From an uncultured Bdellovibrio sp. (GTDB lineage: Bacteria > Bdellovibrionota > Bdellovibrionia > Bdellovibrionales > Bdellovibrionaceae), in the NCBI GenBank assembly GCA_963932905.1, contig CAWVRN010000003.1, positions 160,001 through 224,000 on the forward strand: 64,000 nt of DNA, given 5' to 3'. The notes under the pieces are model-generated. The model saw only the letters and a program-made list of their open reading frames with translations, had not been told where the DNA came from and searched no databases. A program made the position numbers and the translations under genes. Positions 20,633 through 28,668 of this stretch are shown one piece after another. Every line of letters starts with the position of its first letter. Position 1 is the stretch's first letter.

Positions 20633-21518
20633 TGCCAAAATCGACTTTGTACTGATTGGCGGATATGCCGCCGTTGTACATGGAGCATCCCAGGTCACTC
20701 ACGATCTGGATATTTGCGCCGTTATTACAGAAGAACAACTTGTAAAACTAAAAGCGGCACTCAAGGGACTAGATCCTAAACACAGAATGAATCCTTCGGC
20801 TCAATTATCTTTGGACGATTTCCCAGCCGAAGGAAAGACCATAGACAACTACTATCTAAGAACTACAGCAGGAGTTTTGGATATCTTAAAAGAAGTTTCA
20901 ATTGTCGGAGATTTTGAAAAGTTAAAATCTAATGCCAATACAGTGAAAATTTTTGGTCACGAATGCAAAGTGATTTCACTCGATGATTTAATTACAGTAA
21001 AGAAATCAATGACTCGTCCAAAAGACAAAAGTGTTTTGGATGAGCTTTTGACAGTTAAGCAAAAGCTTTCAATAGATAGCGAGAGTTTTCTGAAAACTAT
21101 AAAAGCAAATAGTATCAGCTTTTCAGCAGTTAAAGTTATTGATGAAAATCACTTTGAATCTCGCGTAATTTTCAAAGATTCAAAAAACGAGTCCCTTAAT
21201 TTTGAAGTTGCAATATCCAAAGAAGATTTACGGAATTTTGCAGAAAGACTAAAATCCTTCCCAAAAGACAGTCACGACTATTTAGAAGTCATACTGAAGT
21301 CACTTAAATCTGAAAAAATTGGTTTATCCGTAAAAGTAGTAGATTCAAGCGGAAGATGCGAATTCAAATTAGAGCTAAAAGAAGTTAAAAAAATTGAACT
21401 AGGAATGAAATTCTCAAACACTATTTTAGCAGAACCTTTAAAACTTAATAAGTTAGGCCAATCAATAGAAAGTTGGCTCAATCATCCTTCGGGGAACTTC
21501 TTATTTTCCCTAAAATAA
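20595..21518 (+). CDS. Nucleotidyltransferase (DUF6036/AbiEii-like) fused to an unrelated C-terminal domain
   Basis: 'FVLIGGYAAVVHG...THDLDI', 'SLDDLI..K....RPKD'; further ~150 aa. Confidence 0.75.
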   Translation: MENLNLLLKRLLDAKIDFVLIGGYAAVVHGASQVTHDLDICAVITEEQLVKLKAALKGLDPKHRMNPSAQLSLDDFPAEGKTIDNYYLRTTAGVLDILKEVSIVGDFEKLKSNANTVKIFGHECKVISLDDLITVKKSMTRPKDKSVLDELLTVKQKLSIDSESFLKTIKANSISFSAVKVIDENHFESRVIFKDSKNESLNFEVAISKEDLRNFAERLKSFPKDSHDYLEVILKSLKSEKIGLSVKVVDSSGRCEFKLELKEVKKIELGMKFSNTILAEPLKLNKLGQSIESWLNHPSGNFLFSLK

Positions 21519-21565
21519 AAGGCGCAGCTAAAAGCCAGCAAGAACAAAAACGACGAGACAAGCAA

Positions 21566-21695
21566 ACCAATTCTTCCTAAAATTTCAAAATGCGAGGCGC
21601 CCGAGGACTTCGCGCGGAGGCGTGGCCCGTCCACGCCGCACAAGCGAGGTCCGAAGAGGCAACGAAGTCAGTTTGGAATTTTAGGAAGAATTGGT
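21566..21695. repeat. REP-like nested hairpin element, copy 1
   Basis: 24-bp outer IR (accaattcttcctaaaatttcaaa / tttggaattttaggaagaattggt); inner ggacttcgc/gcgaggtcc and ggcgtgg/ccacgcc stems. Confidence 0.8.
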
Positions 21696-21751
21696 GCGAA
21701 TAACTGGACTCGAACCAGTACCCACTTCCATGTCAAGGAAGTGGGCTACCA
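21692..21751 (-). repeat. 3' 60 nt of a tRNA-Val(GAC), type B (acceptor 3' strand TATTCGC-ACCA), lacking the 5' end
   Basis: Reverse complement TGGTAGCCCACTTCCTTGACATGGAAGTGGGTACTGGTTCGAGTCCAGTTATTCGCACCA. Confidence 0.85.
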
Positions 21752-21810
21752 GAAACTGGACTATATTGACCAATATTTGGTTGATATCGACCAGTTTCTG
21801 GTAATATGAT
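21747..21810 (+). promoter_or_regulatory. Operator inverted repeat overlapping a sigma70-like promoter of the HTH gene
   Basis: taccagaaactgg ... ccagtttctggta (13 bp); TTGATA-18-TATGAT ending 6 nt before the ATG. Confidence 0.6.
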
Positions 21811-21816
21811 AAATCC

Positions 21817-22149
21817 ATGCTAGAAGGAATATTCGGAAACAAAACCGCGGAAAAAGTACTACTTCATATTTTTCACTATGGAGAATCTCATGCATCGGCT
21901 ATTGCTGGTGATTTTAAAATGGCCCACAACCCTATTATTCAACAACTTAATCGTTTTGAGTTAGCGGGAATCTTAATTTCAAAAGAAATGGGTCGATCTC
22001 GAGTTTATTCATTTAATCCCAAATCACCTCTCTTAAAACCAGTGAAAGAACTTATAGAAATTGCGTACGAATCCATATCAATCTCTGAACGCCAAAAAAT
22101 ATTTCAAGTCCGTCGCCGTCCGCGCCGCAAAGGCAAGCCGGTTCAATGA
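21817..22149 (+). CDS. Winged-helix HTH protein, probable antitoxin/regulator
   Basis: 'LEGIFGNKTAEKVLL', 'QLNRFE.AGIL.S...GRSRVY.FNP'; ATGA overlap with the next gene. Confidence 0.75.
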   Translation: MLEGIFGNKTAEKVLLHIFHYGESHASAIAGDFKMAHNPIIQQLNRFELAGILISKEMGRSRVYSFNPKSPLLKPVKELIEIAYESISISERQKIFQVRRRPRRKGKPVQ

Positions 22150-22685
22150 AGGAACCTAATTGGAAAACCGCCACTGAAGAAAAAGTATGGCAATACGTGG
22201 GCTGGCATTTAGCCAAAAACGGAATTGAGACAATACTTGTCGGCGGCGCTGTCGCTGCAATTTATTCCGAAGGAATTTACAAATCAGGAGATTTAGATTT
22301 TGTTCTAAAAACATATATCGAAAACAAACTCACTGAAGCAATGGAGTCGATAGGTTTTCAAAGGCCTACTGGTCGACACTACGTTCACCCAGAATGCAGT
22401 ATTTTTATAGAGTTCATGCATGGACCGGTGGGTATAGGTGATGACGTAAAAATTAAGCCTGATGCAAAAACGATCGAAGGACAAAAACTATATATTTATT
22501 CTCCTACAGATTGCATACGCGATCGCCTAGCCTCTTATATTCATTTCAAAGCACGTGAATGTTTAGACCAGGCCGCACTCGTTGCTAAAAAATTTCCTTT
22601 TAATCAAAAGAAAGTAAAAGACTGGTGCGCTTCCGAAGGAGCTCCGCACGCTTTCGATGACTTAATGAAAAAAATTAAAAATTAA
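22146..22685 (+). CDS. Nucleotidyltransferase-family protein (DUF6036-like), probable toxin
   Basis: 'LVGGAVAAIYS.G.YKSGDLDFV', 'SPTDCIRDRLA'. Confidence 0.7.
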   Translation: MKEPNWKTATEEKVWQYVGWHLAKNGIETILVGGAVAAIYSEGIYKSGDLDFVLKTYIENKLTEAMESIGFQRPTGRHYVHPECSIFIEFMHGPVGIGDDVKIKPDAKTIEGQKLYIYSPTDCIRDRLASYIHFKARECLDQAALVAKKFPFNQKKVKDWCASEGAPHAFDDLMKKIKN

Positions 22686-22752
22686 GTCCCGCACAATCTA
22701 CAACTATTGGTAAATCAGGTAAGGGATCAAGACCTAACTTCTACAACTAAAC

Positions 22753-23358
22753 TCAGTCGATATGCTGACAACCTGCGCTTGTTATTCCAGAGCCAAGCAA
22801 AAGATTGGGTTTTAAAACGCCAGTTTTTAAAGCGTTCTTAATATCCTCACGAAACTGAGCCCAAAACTTGTCATTAATTGTCCATGGAAAATCATGTCTG
22901 ACTACAAAGTCGTGCGCCCCAAACAAAGCCATTAATACATTTCTGGCCTCAGTCGTTAGTTGTCCTCTTTCATCATAGGGGATTAACTTCCCGTCGGTTA
23001 CCGCAAATTTGATTGCGGCACCTCCTGAATAATCTTTTGTTCTCTTTAGAAGAAAACTATCGAAATTCAGCAGCTGAAATACCTTGCCTCGCTCAGGATC
23101 CTGCATTTCTTTGTCTAAACGCGTATCCATCTGATAGAGTTCTCCGAATTCATCCTTTTGCAAGCCCGCCGAGAAAATGTAATCCGCAATTGAAAACCCA
23201 TTCTGATTGGGGTTTTCAAGCGGTATTTCAATAATTTTTTTTACGTCTAGTTTTCTATCAGCAAAATAAATTCCTACTTCGCAATTCATTGTTCCTGAAT
23301 AAGCAGAACATGCAAAAAAGGAAGTAAGTAGGATTAAAATCTTATTATGCGCTTTCAT
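22753..23358 (-). CDS. Secreted hypothetical protein
   Basis: Signal peptide from MKAHN; AGGAG RBS. Confidence 0.6.
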   Translation of the reverse strand: MKAHNKILILLTSFFACSAYSGTMNCEVGIYFADRKLDVKKIIEIPLENPNQNGFSIADYIFSAGLQKDEFGELYQMDTRLDKEMQDPERGKVFQLLNFDSFLLKRTKDYSGGAAIKFAVTDGKLIPYDERGQLTTEARNVLMALFGAHDFVVRHDFPWTINDKFWAQFREDIKNALKTGVLKPNLLLGSGITSAGCQHID

Positions 23359-23366
23359 GGAATCTC

Positions 23367-23768
23367 CTAGTTGCATTCAATTCTGCTTTTACTGCCGTCA
23401 TTTTCTAGCACATCCATGTAAAATAATTTTCCCCAACTATGAATTGATAATTTTCTATACTTAATGGCAGCACCCGTCTTTGGGTTGTACTCATAAATTT
23501 CAATGCCTTCCAAATCAGCGCCCTCCGAATGAGATTTAAATTCCAAATTTACAGACTCTTTTAGAGTCGCTCCCTCTAACTCGTAGCGATTTTCAAAGTG
23601 AATAATACCTCTGCCAAATCCAACCGCATATTTATACTGCAGCAAAGAGTAAGGTCCGCACTGGGCTACCTTTTTGGATTCAAATCCAGCGTCCGAAGTA
23701 GCCATGGCCTCTGAAAGAAGTGAAATAAGTAATGTTAAAACAAGTGTATTTAAAATTTTCATAGTCAT
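23367..23768 (-). CDS. Secreted hypothetical protein
   Basis: Signal peptide; GAGG RBS; in an operon. Confidence 0.6.
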   Translation of the reverse strand: MTMKILNTLVLTLLISLLSEAMATSDAGFESKKVAQCGPYSLLQYKYAVGFGRGIIHFENRYELEGATLKESVNLEFKSHSEGADLEGIEIYEYNPKTGAAIKYRKLSIHSWGKLFYMDVLENDGSKSRIECN

Positions 23769-23774
23769 ATCCTC

Positions 23775-24209
23775 CTATTTGATCGTCACGCAAAAATCTT
23801 TTTTTGTTCCATCGCCAACATAGGCACTTAACAACGCGTTGGCTCCTTCACTGCAATAGCTGGTGGTATAGGATAAATTCGATCCAGTGCTGTTGCGCCC
23901 AATTACGATTAGATTTTGATCATTATATTTTTGAGTAGTAGGGTTTAAATTTAAACTATAGAAGAAATATTTTTTTGGTTTTGTTACGTAAGCGAAAATT
24001 TTTCCATCTTCCAAAGTCGCCTCGCCAATATCTTCACCTTCGATTAACATTTCGCTAATACCTGTCTTATTTAACGAAACTTGAATTTTCTTTGTCAGAA
24101 CAGCATTAAGTTCACGATCATAGCCCGTGTTGATCTGGCCCGATTTCACGACGGGTGCGGCACTGGCCATAGCACTTATGACGGTTAATAAAACGGTAAA
24201 GCTTTTCAT
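23775..24209 (-). CDS. Secreted hypothetical protein
   Basis: Signal peptide; AGGAG RBS. Confidence 0.65.
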   Translation of the reverse strand: MKSFTVLLTVISAMASAAPVVKSGQINTGYDRELNAVLTKKIQVSLNKTGISEMLIEGEDIGEATLEDGKIFAYVTKPKKYFFYSLNLNPTTQKYNDQNLIVIGRNSTGSNLSYTTSYCSEGANALLSAYVGDGTKKDFCVTIK

Positions 24210-24345
24210 AAAAACTCCTTTATTGGTTGATGACGCGAAGATAATTCATTGCGTTAATCGCTTCTAGATTAAATTGGTACAAAAGTTTACATTTTCAGTA
24301 CTTTTAGTTCATTATTTTCATTAAATAACCGATTATATTGATATA

Positions 24346-25149
24346 ATGAGTATTTTTAAATATCAGAATTTTCGCAAATACTTGAAGTCTGTCCAGGATG
24401 AACTACCTAAGAAGGGCCGCGGTACGATTACCCTATGGGCTTCTATTATCCAATCTACACCCACTCTAGTGAGCCAGATTTTAATAGGTAACAAGTCAAT
24501 GAGTTTAGAAATGGTCGATCGCCTATCGACTCATTTGGAGCTGTCTGAGAAAGAAAAAGACTACTTTATCTTGCTTGTAGAATTTGATCGCGCGGGTACA
24601 AAATCTTTAAAAGATTACTTCCTTAAGAAGATAGTGATTATGCAGGATGAATCACGCTATTTGAAAAATCAAATTAAAGGTATTACTGAACTACCGGCCG
24701 AGGTAAAAGCCATCTACTACTCACAGTGGGTGTATGCCGGTATTAGAAACCTCGTCGCCTGTGCTAAAATTGCGAATGCTGAAACGATCGCTGAGGAACT
24801 GAATCTTCCTAGGGAAACTATCTCTAATGTGATCGATTTTCTTGTGAAACATCAACTTATAGTTCCTGCAAAGAAAGGATGGGCTCCTGGTCCGCAAAGT
24901 ACGTTTGTTCCCGCCGACTCCCCGTTAGTTTACAAGCACCATCAGAATTGGAGGCTTAAAGGTATTCAACAAATGGATCTACAATCCAAAGAAGATTTGT
25001 TTTACACTTCACCAATGTCACTTTCGGCAGACTTAGCGAAAGAACTGCGCAGCCGTATCGTAAAGGTTATTCAAGACTTTCAAAAAGACATCGGCCCGTC
25101 AGAATCAGAAGTCGTTCGTTGCCTAAATATTGACTGGTTTGAATACTAG
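24346..25149 (+). CDS. TIGR02147/DUF4423-like HTH protein
   Basis: 'SIFKYQNFR.YL', 'YYSQWVY..IR', 'HHQNWR', 'VRCLNIDWFEY'. Confidence 0.8.
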   Translation: MSIFKYQNFRKYLKSVQDELPKKGRGTITLWASIIQSTPTLVSQILIGNKSMSLEMVDRLSTHLELSEKEKDYFILLVEFDRAGTKSLKDYFLKKIVIMQDESRYLKNQIKGITELPAEVKAIYYSQWVYAGIRNLVACAKIANAETIAEELNLPRETISNVIDFLVKHQLIVPAKKGWAPGPQSTFVPADSPLVYKHHQNWRLKGIQQMDLQSKEDLFYTSPMSLSADLAKELRSRIVKVIQDFQKDIGPSESEVVRCLNIDWFEY

Positions 25150-25181
25150 GTTTTGGCCAACCATTTGCTATTTTATAGGGT

Positions 25182-26528
25182 ATGACGAAGACTACCCCCA
25201 ACCTATTGATTCCTATAGCATTTACGGTGTATTTCGTCGCATTTTTAGTCGCCTGTCAGCCTAAAAAAGATACTTCGCCTACAGCTTCACCCGCCCCTAC
25301 GAGCCCTCCGGGTCCGAGCGTTCCCGATTCCAAGGGTACGTCCGATCAAGGTGGAGGGGGAAATTTGATTAACGGCAAGCCTCTAGAGTTCTACAAAAAA
25401 GATATTACTCAGTTACCTGAGTATATAAAATTCGTAGATCCCATCGACAAAAAATTAAATGATATCCGTGAAGACAATCAAGCCGACAACGGAGTGACGT
25501 ACTTGGCAACCGCTGCCAAAAGAAAAACGTGGTACATAGTGCCGGTAAAACTTGAAGAGTTAGAAGCTGCGCGCATCGGCACCAATTTTAAATCGGATCA
25601 GGGCGCCTACCAAACAGAAAAAGAAATCTTTATTTCAGAACTTATATACAAAGATATGGACGAGGAACACAAAGCCCAATTACTTCTACATGAAACGGTA
25701 ATGGCTTTTTACTTGGTTAAATATGAAGACGGCCGTTTCTACTGTGAGGCATTCAAAAAAGCGAGCGTCCGTGAAAATTGTTTAAATAGTTTTACTGATA
25801 TGTCGGCTAAAACGGAATTTAAGCCTGCGCAAAGAAACGGAAAGTTTTTGGATCCGGAAGAATATGAAAGCATTCGCCATGTCACAGAATGGCTTTTTAA
25901 TGGATACAAAGCACTAACAAAATTAAAATTCGAAGAGAAAATGTTTGAAAAGAAATTTGATCCACGCGTATTCAACAATCGAAATATAGTTGATCGTCAA
26001 CAAAACCAGCCTACGGAAATGCAGACCAACGATATCTTAAAAATTCTCGAAACTCAGCAACTTACAAATCAATCCCTTACATACTGCGGATTTGATTTCA
26101 GCGCAAAAACTCCGACAGCTAGGCGTACATGCAAAATCGTCTACAACGTCAAAGATAAACTTTTAAATATGACAATTCAATCGGATGACGGAAAAACAGA
26201 ATCGATAGATTTTAATATCTACCCGACTATATTTGCTGCAAAAGTTGGTTTTAAAAATGGACTAACCTTATTCAACGTAAGATTCCAAGAAGCAGTACGT
26301 TCTGAGCACGGTAAATCATTCAGAACACTAATGTTTTGGTTACAGCATTCTACATCTACAGAATTCAATATTAAAGCCATCCGAATTCAAAAAAGCATGT
26401 GGATCAAACAAGATGAATCCGGAAATTCTCTTCGTTCCGAAGAAGTAAACCAAATTCCAGAAGAGGATATGTATAGACTCATTTACGGGGCTAAAGAAAC
26501 TGATATTTCTTTCGATGATTTAAACTAA
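25182..26528 (+). CDS. Lipoprotein, hypothetical
   Basis: Lipobox LVAC, Pro-rich linker, 'GTSDQGGGGN', 'LLLHETVM'. Confidence 0.7.
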   Translation: MTKTTPNLLIPIAFTVYFVAFLVACQPKKDTSPTASPAPTSPPGPSVPDSKGTSDQGGGGNLINGKPLEFYKKDITQLPEYIKFVDPIDKKLNDIREDNQADNGVTYLATAAKRKTWYIVPVKLEELEAARIGTNFKSDQGAYQTEKEIFISELIYKDMDEEHKAQLLLHETVMAFYLVKYEDGRFYCEAFKKASVRENCLNSFTDMSAKTEFKPAQRNGKFLDPEEYESIRHVTEWLFNGYKALTKLKFEEKMFEKKFDPRVFNNRNIVDRQQNQPTEMQTNDILKILETQQLTNQSLTYCGFDFSAKTPTARRTCKIVYNVKDKLLNMTIQSDDGKTESIDFNIYPTIFAAKVGFKNGLTLFNVRFQEAVRSEHGKSFRTLMFWLQHSTSTEFNIKAIRIQKSMWIKQDESGNSLRSEEVNQIPEEDMYRLIYGAKETDISFDDLN

Positions 26529-26558
26529 AAAAAGAGAAAAGAACGGAAGAATCAGAAC

Positions 26559-26619
26559 TGTTGATCTGTAGTGAACTCGAACCACTGACCTCGTCGATGT
26601 CAAGGACGCGCGCTACCAA
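26559..26619 (-). repeat. Degenerate 3' 61 nt copy of the type A tRNA-Val(GAC) at 47241
   Basis: 57/61 identical to 47241-47301 by manual alignment. Confidence 0.85.
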
Positions 26620-26879
26620 GATATAACTCATCCCAATTTGGACAGCAAAGCCTACAAACTTAACAGAGGCCGTTCCGAAACCTAGGGTCATAGTGACCGT
26701 AAGCTAGGATGAAAATTCGACAAGAATTGGAGACAATCGTCTCTTTAGCCAAATTCAGTACAGTTCAAATCATCTAAGAATTACAGCATCATAGGGGTTT
26801 TTCTCGCATTTTTGTACTGGGTTTAGTCAAAAAAAAGGGCGAATTAGTGTTGGCATAGCTTGCAGAATTTTTTATACAG

Positions 26880-27830
26880 ATGAAAGATTTAGGATTTAAA
26901 TTTTTAATATTCGTTTTAGTAGGACTAGCTCCTCACTTTGTTAATGCTCAAGCTTGCTTAAAGTTTTACAGCAGGTCGAATATTAAATCTGTACCTATGA
27001 AAATTGTGAATGACTTGTTTGCTGGATCCATTGACGGCTATTATGGTGAAACAAAAGCAGTTCTTGTGAATGCCTCCTTGGTATCAAGAAGGAATATTTC
27101 TGAGATCAATTCCTTATTTAATCAAACCCCTAATGGATACTATGGCCCAACGAAAGCATCGCTTGTGTACACATCGATTGTCTCTGGAAAACCAATTTCC
27201 GAACTGAACGCCATGTTTAATAAAACCACCGATGGCTATTATGGTGAAACAAAAGCAGCACTTGTGCATGCTGCTGCCGTCTCTGGAAAGCCAATTTCAG
27301 AAATCATCGATTTATTTAATCAAACCCCTAATGGATACTATGGCCCAACGAAAGCATCGCTTGTGTACACATCGATTGTCTCTGGAAAACCAATTTCCGA
27401 ACTGAACGCCATGTTTAATAAAACCACCGATGGCTATTATGGTGAAACAAAAGCAGCACTTGTGCATGCTGCTGCCGTCTCTGGAAAGCCAATTTCAGAA
27501 ATCATCGATTTATTTAATCAAACCCCTAATGGTTATTACGGTGAAACAAAGGCGTTACTCGTATACTCGGTGGTGGCCTCGGGAAAACCGATTTCGGAAA
27601 TCATCGATTTGTTTAATCAAACCCCTAACGGTTATTACGGTGAAACAAAGGCGTTACTCGTCTATGCTTCGATCGCTTCAGGAAAACCGGTTTCCCAGAT
27701 CAATGCTTTATTTAATCAAACCCCTAATGGTTATTACGGGCCGACAAAAGCATTGCTTGTCCTAAGCTCATTGGGTCTAAAAATTCCATTTGAACATCTT
27801 TTAATTGTCCTAAATCTTAAAAAGAAATAA
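26880..27830 (+). CDS. Secreted protein with eight 33-aa tandem repeats (GYYG[E/P]TKA)
   Basis: Repeats visible in protein; exact 198-bp tandem DNA duplication starting ~27114. Confidence 0.8.
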   Translation: MKDLGFKFLIFVLVGLAPHFVNAQACLKFYSRSNIKSVPMKIVNDLFAGSIDGYYGETKAVLVNASLVSRRNISEINSLFNQTPNGYYGPTKASLVYTSIVSGKPISELNAMFNKTTDGYYGETKAALVHAAAVSGKPISEIIDLFNQTPNGYYGPTKASLVYTSIVSGKPISELNAMFNKTTDGYYGETKAALVHAAAVSGKPISEIIDLFNQTPNGYYGETKALLVYSVVASGKPISEIIDLFNQTPNGYYGETKALLVYASIASGKPVSQINALFNQTPNGYYGPTKALLVLSSLGLKIPFEHLLIVLNLKKK

Positions 27831-28139
27831 GCCAGATGGGTTTTGATGTTTTCCCTTCCCAATGAAATTTCGGACTTGTGAACGCTGGATCAAATGCACA
27901 AGAACTAGTTAACAAAATGCTCAAAGAACATTCTGTCGCCCTTCTAGGGTGATCTCATTACGGACTACCAAACCACATCAGAATTTCTGTAGGTTTACCA
28001 GAAACAAATCGGACAGTTTTATCACAACTCAAAATTCAATTCCAAAAGATAAACACTCAATCCTGTTAGAAATTTTACGCAAAACAACAAAGAGCGCAGC
28101 CAAAGGCCAGCCAGAAAAAAGAACGACGATCCAAGCACA

Positions 28140-28269
28140 CTTAAACTTCCTAATAGATCAAAATGCACGGCGGACCGATTTCAAAAGCGCGGAGGCGTGC
28201 TCAATGCACGTCGCAGCGATTTTGGAATCGAGGCCAACGCAGTCAGTTTGATCTATTAGGAAGTTTAAG
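28140..28269. repeat. REP-like nested hairpin element, copy 2
   Basis: Perfect 23-bp outer IR cttaaacttcctaatagatcaaa / tttgatctattaggaagtttaag; inner cgatttcaaaa/ttttggaatcg and ggcgtgc/gcacgtc stems. Confidence 0.8.
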
Positions 28270-28273
28270 AATA

Positions 28274-28332
28274 GGTGCGAATAACTGGACTTGAACCAGT
28301 GACCTCTTCCATGTCAAGGAAGCGCGCTACCA
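28274..28332 (-). repeat. 3' fragment of tRNA-Val(GAC), type B
   Basis: Identical to 34000-34058; ends CCT rather than CCA. Confidence 0.88.
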
Positions 28333-28668
28333 AAGACTGAAGAATCACCAGCCCGGTTGCATAAATTTAGAAATTCCACATAATTAATAGATTTGGGATG
28401 CAGGATCGGGATTCTAATTGGTTTTGGTCAGGACATTTCTATTCGATTGCGAGTTAAATTAGAATGTGTAGCCATTTTAGGACTTCAATTATGTTTAATT
28501 CTGAGACCTTCTAAATAACAAAATTTATTGTTCGATAGTCGGGTAAACATTTAGCCGATTAACTAATTGCCATAAACCTTTGAGTTATTTAACCGGATCT
28601 GAAACCATTTCGCTAAGTGAAGCTATTTTCGTCATTGACAGAAAAAAATATCAATTGGGAGAAAATCT

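Noticed and set aside
27949..28251. 100-aa ORF
   Set aside because: It overlaps the hairpin repeat element, has a GTG start and shows no protein-like motif.
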